A DNA stretch of 64,000 nucleotides, taken from positions 96,001-160,000 of the forward strand of contig CAWJAX010000005.1 in assembly GCA_963841015.1 (NCBI GenBank), read 5' to 3'. Below are positions 9,982-19,807 of the stretch, one piece after another. Position 1 is the stretch's first letter; each line of letters opens with the position of its first letter. Origin of the DNA: an uncultured Methanoregulaceae archaeon. GTDB taxonomy: Archaea > Halobacteriota > Methanomicrobia > Methanomicrobiales > Methanospirillaceae. The notes beneath the pieces are model-generated. The model was given only the letters and a program-made list of their open reading frames with translations, was not told the DNA's origin and did no database searches. The position numbers and the translations under genes were made by a program.

Positions 9982-12216
9982 ATGCAAAAAACGGGTAAAA
10001 TCACAGTTCGCGGAATTGTCCAGGGTGTCGGGTTTCGCCCGTTTGTCTATGCACAGGCATGTGCATGGGGAATTTCAGGGACGGTCAAAAATCTCGGGAG
10101 TGAGGTGGAGATTTTTGCACGGGGAGAGCAGTTTGAAATGTTTTTGGCTGCAGTCTCCCGCGGTCCCCCGCTCTCCCGGATCGATTCTGTTGAAGTCACC
10201 ACGAGCCTCCAGGAAATCCCTGAAGGATTTTTTATCCTGCCGAGCGGTAGTGGTTCAATGACCGGCATGATCCCCCCCGATGTGGCGATCTGTGGGGAGT
10301 GTATTACCGATATTTTCCATAAAAGCGGGAGATATAAAAATTACTGGGCAACCTCGTGTGTAAACTGCGGACCCCGGTATAGTATCATCCATGAAATCCC
10401 CTACGACCGTGAACGGACATCCATGGCAGAATTTCCTTCATGCCAAATCTGCGCACAGGAGTATAAAGATCCCGGTTGCCGGCGCCACCATGCACAGACA
10501 ATCGCCTGCAGCACCTGTGGCCCGGAAATCGAACTGTCCGATACCCTCGGAAACAAGGTAAAAGGCCTGGATCCAATAAAAGAGGCAGCGGAACTGCTCG
10601 ATGCAGGCCGGATCCTTGCAATGCGGGGTGTGGGGGGTTTCCACCTGGCGTGCATCGAAGAATCTGCCAATGAACTAAAACGCCGTCTGGGCAGAATCGA
10701 ACAGCCATTTGCCATCATGGTGCGTCCGGATTATATTGATCGGCTGGCGACAATTTCCCAGGAGGAAAAACAGAGCCTGGAAAGCCCGGTTCACCCTATC
10801 GTTGTCCTAAAAAAACGTGATCAGACTGCCCATGCAACAATCAGCAATCTCCATACGATCGGCTGCATGCTGCCGTATACTGGCCTTCACCACCTTCTCT
10901 TCTCGCACCTGAAACACCCGCTTCTTATTATGACCAGTGCCAATATGCCCGGCTACCCGATGATTACGGATAATGATCAGGCCATGGCAAAGCTGAACCG
11001 GGATGCAGATTTCTTCCTCACCCATAATCGGAAGATCGTGAACCGGTGTGACGATTCAGTAATCAGGGATGGCTACATCATCCGCCTCTCCCGCGGAATT
11101 GCCCCGAAGAGGACCGCGATAGATCTGGGGAAGCACTGCATTCTCGGGGTTGGCCCGGAGCTGAACGCAAATGCGACAATCTATAAAAACGGCTTTACGA
11201 TCACCTCACCCCATGTCGGAAATGTTCGCAATCCCCCAACGCTTGAATACCTGCAGGAAACCGTAAGGAACCTGCAGCGTTTTCTCGGGGCAAAGTTAGA
11301 TGTGATAGCTCATGACCTGCATCCCCGGTTTCTCTCCACCCGTTTCGCCCGCGAGATCGCTTCAGACCACGGCCTTGAACTCATCCCGGTTCAGCACCAC
11401 CGTGCGCACATAGCAGCGACAACCACCGAACCCTGCATCGGCATTGCGATTGATGGGGTCGGATACGGTGACGACGGGGCAGTCTGGGGATGCGAGATCT
11501 TCTCCGGGCAGGTGCCGGATCTCAGACGCGTTGCCCATCTGGAACCGGTTGCTATGCCGGGGGGAGATCTTGCAACCCGGTTTCCCGAACGGATGCTCTA
11601 CGGGATTCTGCCGGAGAAAACTATCCTGTCGCTTCTTGGTGAACGCGGCTGGTCTGATGTTGAGATGGGTGTGCTTGAAAAACAGGTCATGCGGAATTTC
11701 AATGTCATGAGCACCACCAGCACCGGGCGGGTGCTCGATGCAGCTGCAGCCCTGCTCGGGATCTGCCGGGAGCGTACCTATGACGGTGAGCCTGCCATGA
11801 AACTTGAATCCGCCGCACTTGGCGGACATGCCGAGCCTTGGGATCTCCTGTTTGCCATGCTGAACGGTTGTGAGGTAATTTCAGGCCGTTCCCTTATGCA
11901 GACAGCCCTTGCCCGCTTACGGGCAGAACCGGAACGGGATATGAGGGTAATCCGGGATATTGCCGCTTCCTTCCAGTACAACCTCGCCCGGGGAATCGCA
12001 CAGCTTGCCCTTCATGCGGCTGAACGGGAAGGGATGAAAAAGATAGCCCTGAGCGGGGGTGTTGCCTATAACCATGCAATCCGGGAGACTATCCGAAAGG
12101 AAATAATTTCACATTCCTGTGAATGTGTCATCAACGCGGACTACCCGCTCGGGGATGGTTGTGTCTCGTTCGGACAATGTGTGTATGCAGGAAAATTACA
12201 GGAACTAAGGGACTGA
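9982..12216 (+). CDS. hypF: [NiFe]-hydrogenase maturation carbamoyltransferase HypF
   Basis: GIVQGVGFRPF acylphosphatase domain, two Zn fingers (CVNCGPRY, ACSTCGP), HDLHP, QHHRAH, GDGCVSFGQ. Confidence 0.97.
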   Translation: MQKTGKITVRGIVQGVGFRPFVYAQACAWGISGTVKNLGSEVEIFARGEQFEMFLAAVSRGPPLSRIDSVEVTTSLQEIPEGFFILPSGSGSMTGMIPPDVAICGECITDIFHKSGRYKNYWATSCVNCGPRYSIIHEIPYDRERTSMAEFPSCQICAQEYKDPGCRRHHAQTIACSTCGPEIELSDTLGNKVKGLDPIKEAAELLDAGRILAMRGVGGFHLACIEESANELKRRLGRIEQPFAIMVRPDYIDRLATISQEEKQSLESPVHPIVVLKKRDQTAHATISNLHTIGCMLPYTGLHHLLFSHLKHPLLIMTSANMPGYPMITDNDQAMAKLNRDADFFLTHNRKIVNRCDDSVIRDGYIIRLSRGIAPKRTAIDLGKHCILGVGPELNANATIYKNGFTITSPHVGNVRNPPTLEYLQETVRNLQRFLGAKLDVIAHDLHPRFLSTRFAREIASDHGLELIPVQHHRAHIAATTTEPCIGIAIDGVGYGDDGAVWGCEIFSGQVPDLRRVAHLEPVAMPGGDLATRFPERMLYGILPEKTILSLLGERGWSDVEMGVLEKQVMRNFNVMSTTSTGRVLDAAAALLGICRERTYDGEPAMKLESAALGGHAEPWDLLFAMLNGCEVISGRSLMQTALARLRAEPERDMRVIRDIAASFQYNLARGIAQLALHAAEREGMKKIALSGGVAYNHAIRETIRKEIISHSCECVINADYPLGDGCVSFGQCVYAGKLQELRD

Positions 12217-12280
12217 TGTGTCCGTTGTTCGAGAGGCGACCAATTTATCAGGATGGGACATAAAAAGGAAACCACCAGCC

Positions 12281-12697
12281 ATGGAACTATCTGACCAGAT
12301 CATCAGCCAGGAAAGGAAGATCAAAAAACTTGAGATGGAGTTGAACGATCTCCGGCAGGGTCTTACAACCGTACGGGATTTTTATAACGATCTCCGCTGC
12401 ATTTCAGAAAAACGGGAGACCACAGAAAACATTGAACAGGAACGAGTAAAACCGCTGAATGACGAAGACAGGGAATTTGATCGTATCTGGCGTTTTCACC
12501 GGGAACGACTCATCGCGGATCCATTGGCTCGTGTCTCAAGGGCTGAAATGTATGATGCCTTTGTCCGGTATAACACAAAAACCTCACAATACGGCATGGA
12601 GCAGGATGCATTTGAATTTGTATTTGCCAGGATAAAAGATCCATCTCCACTGTTTACCAGAGGTGAATGGTGGGGCTACCGGCTCAAAAACGTATGA
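12281..12697 (+). CDS. Hypothetical protein, N-terminal coiled coil plus C-terminal winged-helix-like domain
   Basis: Heptad-rich N-terminus; C-terminal RVSRAEMYDAF...F...WWGYRLK pattern. Confidence 0.6.
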   Translation: MELSDQIISQERKIKKLEMELNDLRQGLTTVRDFYNDLRCISEKRETTENIEQERVKPLNDEDREFDRIWRFHRERLIADPLARVSRAEMYDAFVRYNTKTSQYGMEQDAFEFVFARIKDPSPLFTRGEWWGYRLKNV

Positions 12698-12733
12698 GAA
12701 AGAACTACAATTTCTAACTTATCCCGCTTTTTC

Positions 12734-13732
12734 ATGACCCACATCAGAATTACCCGAAAATCCGAAATCCCCCTTGTCGGTTCGCTCTACTTTGGCATAA
12801 TCGACCGCGGTACCAGTCTCCTGCAGGTACGCCCGAGTTGCGGCTGTAACCTGAACTGCCCTTTTTGTTCGGTGGATGCCGGGCCTGAATCAACAACTCG
12901 TGCCACCAGCTATGAAGTTGAGATGGCGTACCTGGCAGAAGCTGTTGAGGAAATTGCCGGGTTCAAGGGGCCGGGGGTTGAATGCCATATTGATTCACCG
13001 GGTGAACCGGTTATGTACCCGTATCTTCCCGAGCTCATTGGGAAGCTCAGGCAGATTGAGGAGGTAAGTGTCATTTCGCTCCAGACCAACGGCACCCTGC
13101 TCACCACGGCGAAGATTGCAGCACTTGAAGAGGCCGGACTTGACCGGATTAACCTTTCCCTTCACGCACTTGATCCGGCTATCGCGCAACTCCTTGCAGG
13201 CACTGACTCATATGATATTCAAAAGATTACCGATGCAGCAAGAGCGGTCGCCAGGAGCAGGATTGACCTGCTCATCGCACCCGTGTTCATACCTGGAATC
13301 AATAATGCAGAGATACCAAAACTGATCCGGTTTGCGCAGGAGATTGGTGCCGGCAAACGTTTCCCGCCGCTGGGTATCCAGAAGTTCGAGCACTACCGGT
13401 ACGGCAGATCCCCTAAAGGGGTGAAAGCCCAGAGCTGGTGGCAGTTCTACAACCAGAGCATCAAACCATGGGAGAAGGAGTGCGGAATAAAACTCAAGCT
13501 CGACTCTGTCAGGGACTTTGGCATGGTTAGGCGTCCCTTTATCCCTCTTGTCTTTTCCAAAGGGGAGAAAGTGACAGTCGAGATCCGGGCACCGGGATGG
13601 ATACACGGTGAGATGCTCGGTGTTGCACGTGACCGGGTGGTGTCGGTATATAACTGTCCAAAAGAGTCAGGACACGTCAGGGTGAAGATCGTGGCGACGA
13701 AGCATAACATTTACGTCGGGATACCAGTATAA
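12734..13732 (+). CDS. Radical SAM protein with C-terminal TRAM-like beta domain
   Basis: CNLNCPFC (CxxxCxxC), GEP, QTNG, RINLSL. Confidence 0.9.
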   Translation: MTHIRITRKSEIPLVGSLYFGIIDRGTSLLQVRPSCGCNLNCPFCSVDAGPESTTRATSYEVEMAYLAEAVEEIAGFKGPGVECHIDSPGEPVMYPYLPELIGKLRQIEEVSVISLQTNGTLLTTAKIAALEEAGLDRINLSLHALDPAIAQLLAGTDSYDIQKITDAARAVARSRIDLLIAPVFIPGINNAEIPKLIRFAQEIGAGKRFPPLGIQKFEHYRYGRSPKGVKAQSWWQFYNQSIKPWEKECGIKLKLDSVRDFGMVRRPFIPLVFSKGEKVTVEIRAPGWIHGEMLGVARDRVVSVYNCPKESGHVRVKIVATKHNIYVGIPV

Positions 13733-13899
13733 CAGCTGGTTTATGAGGTGAATAGGGAACTTTACACGATCAAAAATAATTACCGCTAAATTTTTTACGT
13801 CGTTGGGATACAGATACTGTTCATTTCCCTACCAGTACAGGGAAGAGTGCGACATATTTATTAGCCCTTCGAACACGAGTATAGTTTGGTGAAACGATA

Positions 13900-14211
13900 A
13901 TGGAATTACTTTCGGATGAAAAGATCATCATGCAGGATGATGCCAAGTCAGACTTCTTTGGCAAGGGAATACTCTATATGACCAATGTCAGGATCCTCCT
14001 TGATGTAAAAACCGGGGGATTCATGTCAAAAACCACAGAGGTTAAACTCGATAAAGCATTGGGATCTATCAAAACGGTTTCAGCTCCAGGAGGAAAACAG
14101 CTCCAGATCCAGTTTGAAGGGAGCGTCGAACCAACAACGTTCTTTGTTTCAAACGCCGAGAAATGGGAAGCGGCGATTAGAAGTGCATTGACCGTCAGCG
14201 GCAGAATGTAG
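13900..14211 (+). CDS. Small PH/GRAM-like domain protein
   Basis: GILYMTNVRILL strand pattern and C-terminal helix AEKWEAAIR; GGTGA SD. Confidence 0.55.
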   Translation: MELLSDEKIIMQDDAKSDFFGKGILYMTNVRILLDVKTGGFMSKTTEVKLDKALGSIKTVSAPGGKQLQIQFEGSVEPTTFFVSNAEKWEAAIRSALTVSGRM

Positions 14212-14297
14212 AAGCAACCGTCCCGGTTCTGCACACCTTTTTTTTATTGCTTCCTCATGTAGCCCTTCATCATAGCTTTTTTTTAAAAAGATTAAGA

Positions 14298-14462
14298 TTA
14301 ATACAGGGGTTTTCCTAGGATCAGGGAAATTATCGCGAGAATAATAAAGAGGATAATAATCCACTTTCCAATTGTCCATGCTACCCTGCCGATAAATCCA
14401 AGAATTACAAATATAACAGCAATTATGATGAACAGTATTCCAAGCGTTAAGAGCCAGTCCAT
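14298..14462 (-). CDS. 54-aa two-helix membrane protein (DUF1328/UPF0391-like), not in the ORF track
   Basis: Manual translation MDWLLTLGILFIIIAVIFVILGFIGRVAWTIGKWIIILFIILAIISLILGKPLY*; AAGGAAG SD-like sequence upstream. Confidence 0.7.
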   Translation of the reverse strand: MDWLLTLGILFIIIAVIFVILGFIGRVAWTIGKWIIILFIILAIISLILGKPLY

Positions 14463-14632
14463 AGTTTACTTCCTTCAAAGTGTCTGTTTACTACCATTTG
14501 TTTAATAAATTGCGCCGAATCGGGCTCTGAAAAGACATGCATGAACGAATCAGGTTTACCCCGGATCCATGAAAATCGATTAGGTCGAGAATCCACCGCC
14601 TCAAGGCCACTCCAAGGCACGGCGGGGCAAGA

Positions 14633-14779
14633 AGGGTTCAGCATTTTTTAGTTCCTTTAACCGCCGCGGGGGCGTCCCTTCGGGGGCGGTGGCATCCATC
14701 GCATTCGTAAGAGGACAATCTCCCTGAATAACCGAATATCCAGTGTTCATAGGAAAAGCTCAATAACAAGCTGAACCCT
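14633..14779. mobile_element. MITE-like element candidate with 10-bp terminal inverted repeats
   Basis: AGGGTTCAGC (14633-14642) and GCTGAACCCT (14770-14779) enclose a GC-rich hairpin with a C(TTCG)G loop; no clear target duplication. Confidence 0.45.
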
Positions 14780-15040
14780 CAACCGGGGTTTCCCCACACC
14801 ACTTAAAGCTCCCCAAAATGCTATAACAACTGACCAGGGAATACGTTATCATCGGACGGGTCAAGGGTCCTTTCACTATCTCCTCAATCATCTTACCTGT
14901 GCATTTAATTTCAAACCGTGATAAAAGGAATTCCCAAGAGCCCTGAATTGTTTTCTCGTGAAGTACACTAAAACAACGCTAGGTAAAAGGAAATAAAAAC
15001 AGGGCAACTGGTAATCTGGCAAAGATAGGAAAAAAGAGAA

Positions 15041-15352
15041 TTATCCGAACAGGGCACCGAGCCCTGCCATACCACTCTCTTCATCTTCCTTCTTGTGCTC
15101 TTCGGGTGCTTCTTCCTTTGCGGCGGGTGCTGCCTTGCCTGCTGCTGCGGGTGCTGCTGCGGCTGCAACCGGTGCAACGGCTGCCTTGCTGATTGCATCC
15201 TCGATGTTTACGCCATCGAGCGCTGCAATGAGTGCCTTTACGCGGGATTCGTCTGCTGTTACACCTGCGGCGGTAAGGACTGCCTTGACGCCATTCTCAT
15301 CAACCTTCTTACCTGCTTTGTGCAGGAGAAGTGCTGCATAGATATACTCCAT
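15041..15352 (-). CDS. rpl12: 50S ribosomal protein L12 (aP1)
   Basis: [11 protein letters not shown], Ala-rich hinge, C-terminal GLGALFG. Confidence 0.97.
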   Translation of the reverse strand: MEYIYAALLLHKAGKKVDENGVKAVLTAAGVTADESRVKALIAALDGVNIEDAISKAAVAPVAAAAAPAAAGKAAPAAKEEAPEEHKKEDEESGMAGLGALFG

Positions 15353-15376
15353 CTTGTTCACCTCAATATCTGATAC

Positions 15377-16225
15377 TTATTTTACCAGGCTTTTAACTGC
15401 CTGGCTTTCTCTGTACGCTTTACCAATAATCGCATCAACAACGTCTTTTTCATAGATCGCTGCTTCAACTGCAAGCCCTCGTGCATCCCTGACGGCCTTT
15501 GTCAGGATCGCACCCATAGTGTCTTTTGTCGGGATCGCTGCGTTAACCGACAGGTTGAATGCCTGCAGGCCTGCGAGCTGGATCTGTCCGAGGATAACGG
15601 TTTCGTCAACGGCAAGCACGGATGGCTCAAAGATATCACCATCATGGTAGGCAACCTGCAGTGCAAGTCCGACATCCATGGGCTTGATATCGAGCTTGGC
15701 AAGGATGGTCGCGAGCTTGGCCGAGATGACACCGCCTTTCTTGACGACGGTCTTGGTCTCGCGGATCTTGACTTTCCCGCCTTCTATCGCTGCGGGAATA
15801 CCAGCCTGCTGAAGCTCACCGACAATCGGACCCGGCTTGAAACTGGTCGGACCTTTCTCGATGATGATATCCTCCGGCGCTTTTTCGCCAGCCTTTGCCG
15901 CCATCTTTGTCTTGGTCTTTTCCAGCTGCTTGAAGAGTTTGAACGGGTTGTCGTTAGTGAAGATGAGTGCCGAGTGACCGGACACATATTTTGTGAGTCC
16001 TTTCACATCGCCGCCAATCTCTTCGAACGCGTGCTTGATGAGCGTGTTCCTGGTCACCTTGATAACAGCCTTGCCGCGGAGGTTCCTGCGGATCTGCTGC
16101 ACCTGCTGTGCCGGGATACCGTACATATCGACAAGCCCAATCAGCGTGAACTTTTTTACGTTCTCCTTGATATCAGCGACCTCATCCTTCTTCCAGGAGG
16201 GGAGGTGGTGTGTATACAACGCCAT
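15377..16225 (-). CDS. rpl10: 50S ribosomal protein L10 (P0)
   Basis: QQIRRNLRG, NTLIK, NPFKL, GPTSFKPGP. Confidence 0.97.
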   Translation of the reverse strand: MALYTHHLPSWKKDEVADIKENVKKFTLIGLVDMYGIPAQQVQQIRRNLRGKAVIKVTRNTLIKHAFEEIGGDVKGLTKYVSGHSALIFTNDNPFKLFKQLEKTKTKMAAKAGEKAPEDIIIEKGPTSFKPGPIVGELQQAGIPAAIEGGKVKIRETKTVVKKGGVISAKLATILAKLDIKPMDVGLALQVAYHDGDIFEPSVLAVDETVILGQIQLAGLQAFNLSVNAAIPTKDTMGAILTKAVRDARGLAVEAAIYEKDVVDAIIGKAYRESQAVKSLVK

Positions 16226-16869
16226 TATTCCAACCTCACTGCAGGACCCATGGTCGTCTTGACAAACACAGAACGGACATTCAGCGGACCCTGTTCGAGA
16301 ACAGATTCAATCCTCTTGACGATCGCTTCGATATTCTCTGCGACCTGTTCGGGCTTCATAGCTGTTGTTCCGACCTTAGTAGAAAAGACCGTCTTGTCCT
16401 TTGTCCTGATCTTCACCGAGTTGCGCAGACGTTCGACAATCGGGCGGATATCTGTGCTACCGGCAATCGGCATCGGCATCCTGCCCCGTGGACCAAGCCG
16501 CGGACCCAGATATCGTCCGACCTGTGGCATGACCGCCATCTCAGCAAGGAAATACCGGTAAGTACTGGCAACTTTCCGTGCTTCACGGGGTGCTCCGCCA
16601 AGCCGCTCAACTTCTTCAGGGCCGATAATCAGATCAACCTTGGCATCCTTTGCCTGGGTGACAATATCTCCCTTCCCGATCACACAGATACCGATCTTTT
16701 CGCCGATACCGTGGGGAAGCAGAATCGTCTCGTCAATACGATTTTTCGGCTGCGCCATATCGATATTCTTGAGATTGATGGTAATATCGATGCTCTCAGA
16801 GAATTTACGCTCTGGCGCTTTTTCAATCGCCGTTTTCACGGCTTGTAAAATTTTGGCTCTATCAACCAT
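16225..16869 (-). CDS. rpl1: 50S ribosomal protein L1
   Basis: RKFSESIDITINLK, LGPRGRMP, KTTMGP. Confidence 0.97.
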   Translation of the reverse strand: MVDRAKILQAVKTAIEKAPERKFSESIDITINLKNIDMAQPKNRIDETILLPHGIGEKIGICVIGKGDIVTQAKDAKVDLIIGPEEVERLGGAPREARKVASTYRYFLAEMAVMPQVGRYLGPRLGPRGRMPMPIAGSTDIRPIVERLRNSVKIRTKDKTVFSTKVGTTAMKPEQVAENIEAIVKRIESVLEQGPLNVRSVFVKTTMGPAVRLE

Positions 16870-16878
16870 CAGATTCCT

Positions 16879-16909
16879 CCATAGTTCACGACCTTTCGAT
16901 CTCCTATGG
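16879..16909 (-). promoter_or_regulatory. L1-binding autogenous operator in the rpl1 leader
   Basis: CCAUAG-GA-GAUC-GAAA-GGUC-GUGAA-CUAUGG: two helices around an asymmetric GA/GUGAA loop, overlapping the GGAGG SD. Confidence 0.75.
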
Positions 16910-16919
16910 TTTTCTCATG

Positions 16920-17396
16920 TTATTTCACGAGAACACTGTCATACTTGCCTTCAGCGATGGCAGCGAGCACTTCTTTTGGGCGCTTGCCGTCAACGTTCAC
17001 TCCCATGCTCACGCACGTTCCGATGACCTCTTTTACCGCGGTCTTCAGTTCGTAGGCAAGCATGCCTTCGAGTTTCATGTTGGCAATCCTGACAGCGGCC
17101 TCAAATGGTAGATTCCCTACCACTTTGACGTTGGGCTCTGCGGAACCTTTCTCGATATTAGCCTCTTTTTTAATGAGCGCCGTAGTGGGCGGTATACCCA
17201 CCGTGACGGTGAAGTTCTTCTTTGCGTCAACTTCGATCTTAACCGGGACCTGCATTCCGTTGAATGTGGCGGTCTTTTTGTTGATCTCATCGACAACAGC
17301 CTTCACGTTGATACCGAGTGGTCCGAGCGACGGTCCCAGGGGGGGACCAGCGGTAGCCTTTCCGCCGGGTACTAAAACCTCGACCACTTCTGCCAT
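16920..17396 (-). CDS. rpl11: 50S ribosomal protein L11
   Basis: [26 protein letters not shown]. Confidence 0.97.
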   Translation of the reverse strand: MAEVVEVLVPGGKATAGPPLGPSLGPLGINVKAVVDEINKKTATFNGMQVPVKIEVDAKKNFTVTVGIPPTTALIKKEANIEKGSAEPNVKVVGNLPFEAAVRIANMKLEGMLAYELKTAVKEVIGTCVSMGVNVDGKRPKEVLAAIAEGKYDSVLVK

Positions 17397-18061
17397 AGTC
17401 TTTGCACCATGCCGTCCCGTAAATGGGCACTAAGCTTGGGTCTGTAGATTTTGACGGGAAAGGAAATAAAGGTGATCTTGGAACTGAGGAGAATCTGATC
17501 CCTACCTCATCAAATCCAGCCTCATTTCAGCCCCCGTTTACCCCACCAGATCACTCAAAAAAGCACCAATTCGTCCAAAAACAGAACATGTATTTTTTGA
17601 TTTGCCCGATTCGGCCCCCGTTTGGCTATATATGACCATTCCGCGACTGAAAATGACCGCTAATAGCACCTATTGGAGGGAGGATAATCCAAAAAACGAT
17701 CTGCACTATATCACACAGCTTACTGCAGAAAATCACCCAGTGATAAAACGCACAATGCGGTGTTTGGGGAGCGGATCCAAAAGGCACGCGATAGGTTGGA
17801 CGGTCAGGCGGGAATAAAAGGGAATCCCTGATCCCTCATTTTACATCGGAGAATGCCACCCGATGCAGGATCAGACAGGTATCAGGGGAATATCTCCGTT
17901 GGAGAACCAGCTCAAAGGCGGACACCCGGATTACATGATCCCGTTAACACATCATTACCAGAAATGCTCATTTCCCCAATTCTTTTTTCTATTGAAACCG
18001 ACAGCTTGCGGGTAACCATACTGTAACCTTCAAGTATTCCGGGGCATCAATACGGGAATAT

Positions 18062-19732
18062 ATGCCCGCCAGATCTCCAGATACCTTACCTGATCCAGAA
18101 CCAAAGGATCGTTATGAAAACTTTTCCATTAAAGTACCTGAATTTTACAACTTCGGTTATGATGTTGTCGATGCGTGGGCAGTAAAAGAACCGGACAAGC
18201 CTGCGATGCTCTGGCTGAACCAGCAGGGTGAGGAGAAACGGTACAGTTTCAGCGATATGAAACATGGATCCGATCTGGCGGCACGTCTCCTGTATGACAG
18301 CGGGATCCTGAAAGGTGACCGGGTCTTCGTTATGCTCCCGAGGATCCCGGAATGGTGGATCCTTATTGTCGCCCTGATCAAATTCGGCGCGGTTTACACA
18401 CCTGCCCCAACACTCCTGACTCCCCATGACATCGCCTACCGGCTCAGTACCGGCAGGTTCGCGATGGTCATCACAGACCTTGAGAACGTACCTAATATAC
18501 AGGAGGCGATCCGGGAGGGGTCGATAAAACCCAAATGCATGGTTGTTGATGGGGAAATGCCGGGCTGGATCAGCTATCCTAAAAGAATTGTGGAACTTTC
18601 CTCAAAACCCCAGGCAGAATCGAATAGGTATGCCGTGAAGACAAAATCTTCCGACCCTCTCCTGATCTTTTTTACCTCAGGTACAACCGGAAATCCCAAG
18701 ATGGTACTCCATGACCACAGTTACCCTCTTGGCCATATCGTCACCGCACGGTTTTGGCAGGATCTGAAAGGGTCAGATCTCCATTTCACCCTCTCTGATA
18801 CAGGCTGGGCAAAGAGCGCCTGGGGGAGCCTGTTTGGCCAGTGGATCGAGGGAGCGACGGTCTTTGTCTACGATATCCGGGGAAAATTCGATCCTGCAGG
18901 GATCCCCCCACTCCTTGAAAAGTATGCCATCACGACGTTCTGCTGCCCGCCTACGATCTACCGGATGCTGATCCTCCTGGATCTTAAAAAGTATAACCTG
19001 TCCAGTCTCCGCCACTGCGTAAGCGCAGGCGAGCCCCTGAATCCCGAGGTTATCCGAGTCTGGAAAGAGAAGACCGGCCTGATAATCTACGATGGTTACG
19101 GCCAGACAGAAACCGTACTCTGCATCGGAGCATTCCCCGGGCGCGAATGCCCACCGGGTTCTATGGGAAAGCCTGCCCCCGGCTGGCGAATTGAGCTCCA
19201 TGACAAGCACGGCAGATCCGTAGGGATCGACCGTGAAGGAAGGATCGCGATATCAGTCGATCCAAAGCCGGTCGGGTTATTCTCCGGGTATATTGAAAAC
19301 GAGGCGGCAAACAGAAAGTCCTTTGTAAAAGGCTGGTACTACACCGATGACATGGCTGCCATGGACGAGCATGGCAATTTCTGGTTCATTGGCAGGGATG
19401 ACGATGTCATCAAGGCATCAGGGTACCGCATCGGGCCGTTCGAGGTCGAGAGCGCTCTGCTGGAACATCCGGCGGTTGCAGAGGCAGCAGTGGTAGGATC
19501 CCCCGATCCCATCAGGGGATTGATTGTCAAGGCATTCGTTGTCCTGAAGCCCGGTTTCCGGCCATCCGGCCAGCTTGTAGCCAGCCTGCAGGAGCATGTC
19601 AAAAAGGTGACCGCCCCTTACAAGTACCCCCGGGAGGTTGAATTTATCGACTCACTCCCTAAGACCCATTCGGGGAAGATACGGAGGAGTGAGCTCCGCG
19701 ATCTAGAGACAAAAAATAGAAAACCGGAATAA
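18062..19732 (+). CDS. AMP-forming acyl-CoA synthetase (short/medium chain)
   Basis: FTSGTTGNPK, SAGEPLN, YGQTE, GRDDDVIKASGYRIGPFEVE, LPKTHSGKI. Confidence 0.93.
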   Translation: MPARSPDTLPDPEPKDRYENFSIKVPEFYNFGYDVVDAWAVKEPDKPAMLWLNQQGEEKRYSFSDMKHGSDLAARLLYDSGILKGDRVFVMLPRIPEWWILIVALIKFGAVYTPAPTLLTPHDIAYRLSTGRFAMVITDLENVPNIQEAIREGSIKPKCMVVDGEMPGWISYPKRIVELSSKPQAESNRYAVKTKSSDPLLIFFTSGTTGNPKMVLHDHSYPLGHIVTARFWQDLKGSDLHFTLSDTGWAKSAWGSLFGQWIEGATVFVYDIRGKFDPAGIPPLLEKYAITTFCCPPTIYRMLILLDLKKYNLSSLRHCVSAGEPLNPEVIRVWKEKTGLIIYDGYGQTETVLCIGAFPGRECPPGSMGKPAPGWRIELHDKHGRSVGIDREGRIAISVDPKPVGLFSGYIENEAANRKSFVKGWYYTDDMAAMDEHGNFWFIGRDDDVIKASGYRIGPFEVESALLEHPAVAEAAVVGSPDPIRGLIVKAFVVLKPGFRPSGQLVASLQEHVKKVTAPYKYPREVEFIDSLPKTHSGKIRRSELRDLETKNRKPE

Positions 19733-19807
19733 TCCATCACCCAACCTCATTGTCAAAACCTCATCGATGAAAACTGACGAGAATTTTTTTAAAAAGGAAT
19801 CTGGTAA

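Noticed and set aside
14500-14900. Possible RNase P or SRP RNA in the long intergenic region
   Set aside because: No GAGGAAAxTCC/P4 motifs and no SRP helix-8 (CAGG...GGAA...AGCAG) pattern on either strand.
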